From Candidatus Saccharimonadota bacterium (GTDB taxonomy: Bacteria; Patescibacteriota; Saccharimonadia; Saccharimonadales; UBA4665): a stretch of DNA of 32,000 nt. The translations under genes were made by a program, and so were the position numbers. This document shows, in pieces, positions 26,009 through 32,000 of the stretch; positions within the stretch are counted from its first letter, which is position 1; each line of letters opens with the position of its first letter. The stretch covers positions 180,001-212,000 of the forward strand of contig CP025011.1 in the NCBI GenBank assembly GCA_002952755.1, given 5' to 3'. Below the pieces are notes generated by a model. It did not search any database, had not been told where the DNA came from, and saw only the letters and a program-made list of their open reading frames with translations.

Positions 26009-26362
26009 TTACATCGGTGCGATCGTGCCGTTAATGTGTGTGGCAGTGCCATCGGCGTCACGTGTAATTGTGGCATGGTCGCGTACCAGTACATAGCCGG
26101 CGTCGGCTTTGCGGAAGCGGTAGGCAACCGACCACTCGTTTGCCTTATTCAATTCTACCGTTTCGAGTGCTTGGTTTAGAATCATGGCGTCACTGGGGTG
26201 AACGTGGTTTGTCCACCATTCTATCGTATTGGCCGGCTCACTGGTTTGATAGCCGTACACCGAATAGAGTGTGTCGCCCCACAGAAGCTTGCCGCTAACC
26301 AGATCAAGCGAATATGCAACTTCTTTGGCAGAAGAACTGGCAAGATTTGGCATTTGCTCCAT
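26009..26362 (-). CDS. Stand-alone PAS-domain protein
   Basis: 117 aa with a PAS_3-like pattern (WGDTLYSVYGYQ...WTNHVHPSDA...YRFRKADAGYVLVRDHATITRDADG). Confidence 0.7.
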   Translation of the reverse strand: MEQMPNLASSSAKEVAYSLDLVSGKLLWGDTLYSVYGYQTSEPANTIEWWTNHVHPSDAMILNQALETVELNKANEWSVAYRFRKADAGYVLVRDHATITRDADGTATHINGTIAPM

Positions 26363-26426
26363 TATCCCATCATAGCAAATTGTCTATGCCTAGACGAAAA
26401 CGGTACCATGCTTCTAAAATAGCACT

Positions 26427-26795
26427 ATGGGTAATCGAGTTTTTCTGAATGCAGATAACGTGATCGAGATTGAGGTAGTGGGCGATCAAGACGTTGCCTC
26501 GATTGAGCATATGGCACGGCAAGCCGATGCTTATTTGACCGAACTGAAGGCGCTGGGCAAGCCCTGCCTGGTGCTCGATAATTTACTGCAAATGGGCAAT
26601 GTAGACGCCGAGGGGCGAAAAAAAGTTGTCGAGTTGGCCAAACAACTCGATTACGACAGACTCGCGCTGCTTGGTAAAGAAGGGGGTGTGATGCGTTTTG
26701 GTACCAACCTTATGCTGAGGGCTACGGGCAAAGGCTATAAATTGCGCTTTTTCGATGACCGCACTCAGGCGATGAACTGGCTATATCAAAAATAA
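26427..26795 (+). CDS. STAS/SpoIIAA-like single-domain protein
   Basis: 122 aa whose size and pattern resemble STAS-fold proteins (IEIEVVGDQD...LVLDNLLQMGNVDAEGRKKVVE...LALLG). Assigned from memory only. Confidence 0.45.
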   Translation: MGNRVFLNADNVIEIEVVGDQDVASIEHMARQADAYLTELKALGKPCLVLDNLLQMGNVDAEGRKKVVELAKQLDYDRLALLGKEGGVMRFGTNLMLRATGKGYKLRFFDDRTQAMNWLYQK

Positions 26796-26810
26796 TCCTG
26801 CTTAGCACTG

Positions 26811-27098
26811 TCACCTTAATTGCTGTGCGGCTTGCAAAAATAACAGATCTCTTCTTTGGATAAAGCGGCCCACGTAGTTCGCCGGGTGGGCATTGGCCAT
26901 TAGCTCGGTAGCTATCTCTAGGCTGTCGGCCCAAACAACTGCGAAATCATCGGCTACTTCCAGTTCAGTAAAAGACGATGCAGCCGATTGACCAACTTTG
27001 CGTGCGCGGAAGCAATAGGAAGTTTGCTTTTCCTTGAATTGATTTCGATATTCAACGATGCTACCGATTTCTTTGTCTATACTGATCTTGCAACCTAC
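26811..27098 (-). pseudogene. Open frame of 95 codons lacking a canonical start (possible gene remnant)
   Basis: Hand translation: VGCKISIDKEIGSIVEYRNQFKEKQTSYCFRARKVGQSAASSFTELEVADDFAVVWADSLEIATELMANAHPANYVGRFIQRRDLLFLQAAQQLR*. The frame opens right after a TAA. The only ATG/GTG/TTG start lies 29 codons before the stop. Confidence 0.3.
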
Positions 27099-27103
27099 TT
27101 ACT

Positions 27104-27766
27104 TTAATGTGCGCTAATCAGTTCACTGACGACAATAGTGCGTTGGTTATAACTGTGAGTGGCATTGTCGAAATCACCGGCACAGGTGATGAGATTGAGC
27201 TGGCTCTTGATGCTGTTATCGCGAGCGAATAGTGCAGCGCCAGCTACCTCATTTCTTACTTCGATGATTTGTTTGATACGGAAGAGCTCTTTTGTTCCAT
27301 TGCCTAACTCAATCGTAAAAGCGTCGCCTGCAGAAAGCTTACCGAGATGTAGAAATATACCTGGTCCGTGCAGGCCGTTTACATGGCCATCGATAATACT
27401 TAAGCCGGCCTGGCCGGGACTTAAACTATTTACATACCAGCCTGCCAGATTGACATTGTTCGGGGCGGCGACTTGGTTGTGCTGATCAACGCCCATCTTT
27501 TGAATGTACCCCTCGGTTTGTATGGTCGGTAATGTGATGTATTTTGGTTCGGTCGCTCCGGCTGTCGATGCGTAGGCGCCTTTGTTTGGCTGTACTTCGC
27601 TCGGTGAGGGGCTGGAGTACGTAATAACATCCTTGGCACTGGTTAGCTGGACGGCAGGTTTCGTTTGCTGCTTGCGGGGACTCGGGGCATAGAAAACGTG
27701 GCCGATGAGTAGCGCCAAGGCAAGCAGTGCAGCTCCCTGTTTAAGCTGCCTGAAGCTGAATCTCAT
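27104..27766 (-). CDS. Sortase-family transpeptidase (membrane-anchored)
   Basis: N-terminal TM helix, catalytic His (SIIDGHVNG), the Cys motif NLITCAG and a downstream Arg (NQRTIVV). Confidence 0.85.
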   Translation of the reverse strand: MRFSFRQLKQGAALLALALLIGHVFYAPSPRKQQTKPAVQLTSAKDVITYSSPSPSEVQPNKGAYASTAGATEPKYITLPTIQTEGYIQKMGVDQHNQVAAPNNVNLAGWYVNSLSPGQAGLSIIDGHVNGLHGPGIFLHLGKLSAGDAFTIELGNGTKELFRIKQIIEVRNEVAGAALFARDNSIKSQLNLITCAGDFDNATHSYNQRTIVVSELISAH

Positions 27767-27828
27767 AGTCTTAGTCTATATGAATCACCGGACAAAGATA
27801 AGCACTGGCCCTGTTACACTAAAAGAAG

Positions 27829-29448
27829 ATGAGGGCGCTCTGGGCATATCAAAAACGCTGGCGAACCGACTACAACTGGTACGCCTGGCTAGGCCTGACT
27901 ATACTACTCTGTTCTGCTATATGGTGGTCACTGTTGGGAGCATGGCAACAGCAAGGGAATGCCGATCAGCTGGCTGACGGCTTGTTGTTTGAACATAGTA
28001 AGAGCTTTGCTGGAGCCTTATTTCCTGCCTCACATACACTGCTGCTCAAGTGGCTAATTTTTCTGCTATTAGCCATGTTCCACAACGCCGCTCCCATCTA
28101 TGCGTGTATGACTATCTTGGTTGTTTTACTGAGCGTTACAGGGTTGGCGTATGGGCTGCACAGGATAGCATCTAACTCGTTGGTATTTGGTACGCTTTGC
28201 CTTGGGCTGGCTTGTGTATTGATCTTAGTACCGGCGCAACTCTTCCATGGACCTACGGCGCCGCTTAATATGGCGATGCTTACCGGCCGGAACGTTGAGT
28301 ATGTCGTCTATCTCGGCGTGCTCGTCCTCTATCTAAGGGCGCAGGCATATTGGAGCATACGCTGGACTACGGCAACGCTTGCATTGGCTGTACTGTTTGC
28401 CAGCGATCAGCTTTTTGTACCTTTGAGCATTGGTGGTGGCCTGCTCCTTATGGTGGTCACCGCTATTCACCGCTATCAATTACGTGATGTTGCTAAGCGC
28501 TGGCTATGGGGAACGGGTCTCGCCTGGATCTTGGCGCGTGTGCTTCTTTTGGCGCTAGGACGGCAGGTACATGTAATAGGCGATATTACCAGCCCATATG
28601 GATTTATTTCCAATTGGCACGAGCTATGGTCTGGCCTGCATTTCGCTGCTAAAGCGCTCTTGCTTAACTTAGGCATAACAAGGGCAGATGGTCCGTTAGC
28701 GATTATCCCTGCCGCGACTAATCTGATGGTAGGGGCAGCGATGGCGGCCGCGGGCACTATGGTCACGCGCCAGGTACTGCACAATCATGACGAGCCCACG
28801 TTAGCGGAAGGCCTGTCTCTCATGCTTGTCGCTAGTACGGCAGCAGCAATTATACTGTTTGTTTGTACTGATCACCCCTACGCTGCTGATGCGCGCTACC
28901 TGACGATCTCGTTATTCGCGGGTTTTGTCACACTTGCGACATACCTAAGGAGCGTCGAACTGGAGTCAAATATACTGTTGGCTGCTGGAGGCATACTCGC
29001 GCTGGCAATTATGTGCGGGCTTACCGCGCTCACTGGGCATATCCGCAGGGAGGTCGCGCACGATCCCCTTCGCCACCGCAATCAACTCGTCGCTCAAGCC
29101 TTGGCAAAACATCCCGAAGAAGTGTTAGTGGGGAATTACTGGCGCGTCTTACCTATCAAGGCCCTTACTGTGCATGCAGACCAGAATGTGATGCCTTTGC
29201 GCAGCTGTTTGCAAGCCAGCGAATCGCTACGGAGTATAACGTGGCAGCGAGATCTGCGACGGCATAGCTTCGCTTACTTGTTGTCGCTGCGCCCGGATGG
29301 CACTCCTTTTTCAGACTGTACTCTGCATACGGTGGAGTTCCGATACGGTAAACCGACGAGCTCGGCGATTATAGCAGGCAATCGGCGGAATCCTGAAGAA
29401 GTGTTGCTGTTTTACGACCGTGGAGCCGACGATACAGATAGGCTATAG
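27829..29448 (+). CDS. Large polytopic membrane protein (about 12 TM) with a soluble C-terminal region, unknown function
   Basis: 539-aa hydrophobic ORF. The topology recalls lipid-linked glycosyltransferases, but I see no diagnostic motif. Confidence 0.6.
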   Translation: MRALWAYQKRWRTDYNWYAWLGLTILLCSAIWWSLLGAWQQQGNADQLADGLLFEHSKSFAGALFPASHTLLLKWLIFLLLAMFHNAAPIYACMTILVVLLSVTGLAYGLHRIASNSLVFGTLCLGLACVLILVPAQLFHGPTAPLNMAMLTGRNVEYVVYLGVLVLYLRAQAYWSIRWTTATLALAVLFASDQLFVPLSIGGGLLLMVVTAIHRYQLRDVAKRWLWGTGLAWILARVLLLALGRQVHVIGDITSPYGFISNWHELWSGLHFAAKALLLNLGITRADGPLAIIPAATNLMVGAAMAAAGTMVTRQVLHNHDEPTLAEGLSLMLVASTAAAIILFVCTDHPYAADARYLTISLFAGFVTLATYLRSVELESNILLAAGGILALAIMCGLTALTGHIRREVAHDPLRHRNQLVAQALAKHPEEVLVGNYWRVLPIKALTVHADQNVMPLRSCLQASESLRSITWQRDLRRHSFAYLLSLRPDGTPFSDCTLHTVEFRYGKPTSSAIIAGNRRNPEEVLLFYDRGADDTDRL

Positions 29449-30933
29449 CGGTGTGCCGCCTAGCCCTGTACTGGGAGCGCCAACTGCGGGGCTGGCAATG
29501 CCAACGGGGTCAACAATGGTGCCATTTGCTGCACCGTCTTGGTCGAGTGGGCCACCATCTGTAATCTGATACGTTATTTTAGTGAGAGTCTGACCGCCAA
29601 TAGTTGCTGAGCTTACAATCGCTCCAGGGATCGTTTGATAGGTGTGTGTCGTAGTGTTGTACTTGCGTAGCACGAATGTGTTCGAATCTGCCAGGCCATA
29701 GTAGTAGAGGGTGACCGTTGCCGTTTGGCCATGCGCGGCACAGGTGAGGGTAAAGTTGGTTAATCCCTCTGGGTAGCTAAAAGCGGTATCTTTATAGCTA
29801 GCAGGCAGACTGCCAGTAGAGACGCCACTGTTGGCAGTACAGTCCGACTGCAACACCTGGTAGTTGTTGGTGATGGGGTTTACTAGGCTGGTTATTTGCC
29901 TTTGGTAGGTGTCGGTAATACCGTCGCCGTTAGCGTCCCCGTGATTCGGTCCATTCGACTCGGTAGCGTTCGCTATGCCGTCGCCGTCGTTATCATTACT
30001 AAAGATTTGCCAGGATGGCATGGAGGTGTCTTGCGTATCCGGTGTGATTGCTGTTTCATTGCTACCGTCGGTATTGATGCCATAGATGCGCTGGAAACTG
30101 CCGCCGCCAAAGCCATCATAAATCAGCTTCGTGCCATCCGGCGACCAGCCCACATTGCGATTGTCGTAATTAACGCTGGACAACGTATGCATATTGCTGC
30201 CATTAGCGTCCATAACCGTTAGATGGTGGTCGTAGGGGTGAATATTGGCAGTGAAGGCAATTTGCGTGCCATCCGGCGACCAGGCACCGGTATCGTGATC
30301 TTGAGCGTCAGACGTAAGAGCCGAAGGGCTTGCCCCGTCGGCATTCACCAGACAAAGCTGGTCGTAGGTGCCGTCCGGACAGGTATAGAGCAACTGCATT
30401 CCATTTGGGTTCCAGGCGGGTGACATGTCACCATTTGCACCGTTGGTAATCTTGGTGCGATTGCTGCCATTGGCATCCATCGTGTAAATGTAGCTTAGGC
30501 TGGAATTGTCATCGGCATGGGTGAACGCCAGCTTGGCGCCATCCGGCGACCACTTTGGCTCGATATTGAAGGTGTTGTCGCTAGTAAGGTTTACTTGGTC
30601 GGTGCCATCAGCGTACATAACGAAAATTTGTACATTGCCATCGTTATTCGGATCGGCAGCAAAGACTATCTTGCTTCCATCCGGCGACCAGGACGGCTCT
30701 ACGCTGCCAAAACTATTGTGTGTAAGCTGCTGCTCATCGGAACCGTCGGCGTTGCTCGAATATATCTGGGCGATTGAGGAATTATCGGCGTGCACGTACG
30801 CGATTCTGCCGTTACTGCTGCCATAGGCGTGACGGGGCTGCCGCTGTGTAAGGGCGGCAAAAGAAAGTATTACAATAACTCCCACCAGGAGCATTTTGTA
30901 CAGAATAGCTTTGTAGTTGGCTATTTTGCTCAT
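29443..30933 (-). CDS. Secreted PD40/TolB-like beta-propeller protein with Ca-binding-type Asp repeats and a C-terminal Ig-like domain
   Basis: Start preferred at ATG 30933 (MSKIANYK...), followed by a TM helix or signal peptide. Five or more W(S/N)PDG repeats, DNDGDGIANATE...DANGDGITD (thrombospondin-type-3-like), then a C-terminal ITDGGPLDQDGAANGTIVDPVG motif. Confidence 0.8.
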   Translation of the reverse strand: MSKIANYKAILYKMLLVGVIVILSFAALTQRQPRHAYGSSNGRIAYVHADNSSIAQIYSSNADGSDEQQLTHNSFGSVEPSWSPDGSKIVFAADPNNDGNVQIFVMYADGTDQVNLTSDNTFNIEPKWSPDGAKLAFTHADDNSSLSYIYTMDANGSNRTKITNGANGDMSPAWNPNGMQLLYTCPDGTYDQLCLVNADGASPSALTSDAQDHDTGAWSPDGTQIAFTANIHPYDHHLTVMDANGSNMHTLSSVNYDNRNVGWSPDGTKLIYDGFGGGSFQRIYGINTDGSNETAITPDTQDTSMPSWQIFSNDNDGDGIANATESNGPNHGDANGDGITDTYQRQITSLVNPITNNYQVLQSDCTANSGVSTGSLPASYKDTAFSYPEGLTNFTLTCAAHGQTATVTLYYYGLADSNTFVLRKYNTTTHTYQTIPGAIVSSATIGGQTLTKITYQITDGGPLDQDGAANGTIVDPVGIASPAVGAPSTGLGGTPL

Positions 30934-31014
30934 GCTTATATCTACTATACAGCCACAATCGCTCGTGAGTAAATGCGATCGTGACGAGTCTATCTGATGG
31001 CAGTGGTACGGCAA

Positions 31015-32000
31015 CTACGCCATAGAAGGTGCCTGGGCCTCTTGGCGAGCCCTTACGCGTGCGAGTAGTATGGCCTGTACTTCGTCGGGCCGAATGGTAT
31101 GCTCCTCGGCTAAAGACTCATCATTCAGATCCCGGTAGCGGGAATCGACTCTATACCAACGCTGGCCAAAACGGTCATTACTCCCTCGAAGCCGTTCTGT
31201 ATATAGGCGTTCGTGCTGTACGATATCCGGGGTTTCTCCGTCGTCGACGTATACTATAACAGCATTACGCGATTCAGCGGTGCGTAGCAGTTGCGCAAGC
31301 ATAGGTAACTTCCCCCGCGTCCATACATCAAGAGTGCCTAGGAACTCAGTAACTGCTGTAATAGTTTCCGATTCCGGCGGTGTCACACCTTGCAGCAAGT
31401 AGTTGCGCAGGTTTTGTAGCCGTGAGTAGAGGGCTTGTTGGTCTGGGACGTCGAGGTTGAGGCTTGGGAAGTCGGGTTTTAGAATCGATAATATGTTGTA
31501 CGCTTCTTCGAGCGATGGATCGTGTTCGAGCGAATGTTCCGCGTCTACTTCATCATCCAAGCGGGTACTGAGCGCCAGCTCATGATCTACTAAGTGACCT
31601 CCGGCATCCGGCATGGTTCTTTCTATAGCTGCCGAAGCAAATAGTATGTTGCTTTTGGGCCGAGTCGAAAAGGGTACGACACTTAGGGTGCGGGAGCCTA
31701 GGACATTTGCCCATTGCAAATTAGCCCTCTCCCTCGCAACTTCTAATGCAAACGGAAGGCTCGGCCGCAGAATGACTAATTTCCTGGTGTCGTAATCTTC
31801 TGCAAGCGGCATGATAGAACCGTCAAAGTCGAATAACGCTTCAACATTAGATTCAGGATGGTCGTGAGCGGCCCGACTAACCAGTCGAGTTAGAATGTCG
31901 CTGAAGTAGTATTCACTTAATACCGATTCTGCCACCACTTTATCTACCTGTTGTTCGAGCCAGTCGCGAACTCCAGCGGGCGTCCCCCCATCCTTCAGAC
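31015..32000 (-). CDS. Hypothetical acidic protein, 5'-truncated by the window edge
   Basis: The frame stays open upstream of the GTG at 31938 all the way to nt 32000 (...LKDGGTPAGVRDWLEQQVDKV-VAESVLSEYY...). No recognisable motif. Confidence 0.6.
   Translation of the reverse strand, partial: LKDGGTPAGVRDWLEQQVDKVVAESVLSEYYFSDILTRLVSRAAHDHPESNVEALFDFDGSIMPLAEDYDTRKLVILRPSLPFALEVARERANLQWANVLGSRTLSVVPFSTRPKSNILFASAAIERTMPDAGGHLVDHELALSTRLDDEVDAEHSLEHDPSLEEAYNILSILKPDFPSLNLDVPDQQALYSRLQNLRNYLLQGVTPPESETITAVTEFLGTLDVWTRGKLPMLAQLLRTAESRNAVIVYVDDGETPDIVQHERLYTERLRGSNDRFGQRWYRVDSRYRDLNDESLAEEHTIRPDEVQAILLARVRARQEAQAPSMA

Noticed and set aside
29443-29490. The C-terminal ...VGAPSTGLGGTPL of the PD40 protein as an LPXTG-type sorting signal for the sortase at 27104-27766.
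   Set aside because: Only 6 residues follow the TG, with no hydrophobic helix or basic tail. No alternative frame restores one, so it is not a complete sorting signal, and no other LPXTG-like protein is visible in the window.
30934-31014. The N-terminal extension of the PD40 ORF (MPYHCHQIDSSRSHLLTSDCGCIVDIS...).
   Set aside because: The internal ATG at 30933 is followed directly by a typical signal or anchor helix. The 27-codon extension is Cys/His/Ser-rich and abuts the upstream gene's stop.

Overview
The window is a gene-dense bacterial chromosomal segment of about 50% GC that uses the standard genetic code (TGA, TAA and TAG all serve as stops). The gene content and style suggest a small-genome Gram-positive-like or candidate-phyla lineage, but that taxonomic guess is weak. 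Recognisable genes are: a divergent MarR/MFS efflux pair, an OmpR-type response regulator and polytopic histidine kinase followed by a 648-aa terpenoid-enzyme-like fusion protein, an L,D-transpeptidase, tRNA-Arg(TCG), a frameshifted galE, a PfkB sugar kinase, a four-gene signalling cassette (two paralogous PAS histidine kinases and two receiver-only regulators), an ECF sigma/anti-sigma pair, an SGNH hydrolase, folP-folC, a papain-like C1 peptidase, PAS and STAS single-domain proteins, a sortase, a PD40 beta-propeller surface protein and several polytopic membrane or orphan proteins. Two things stand out. (1) The operon RR - small ORF(s) - multi-TM HK - fusion enzyme, where the enzyme joins a QW/DxDDT cyclase-like toroid to a DDxxD isoprenoid-synthase-like domain. 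Its logic, though not its homology, recalls the ComQXPA isoprenylated-peptide pheromone system. (2) A roughly 100-nt hairpin element is present twice. Its 61-nt core is conserved and its long perfect outer stems are completely different. The copies are in inverted orientation, exactly bracket the HK-HK-RR-RR cassette, and each lies just 5' of a polytopic membrane-protein gene. All functional calls come from reading motifs by eye; no database search was run.
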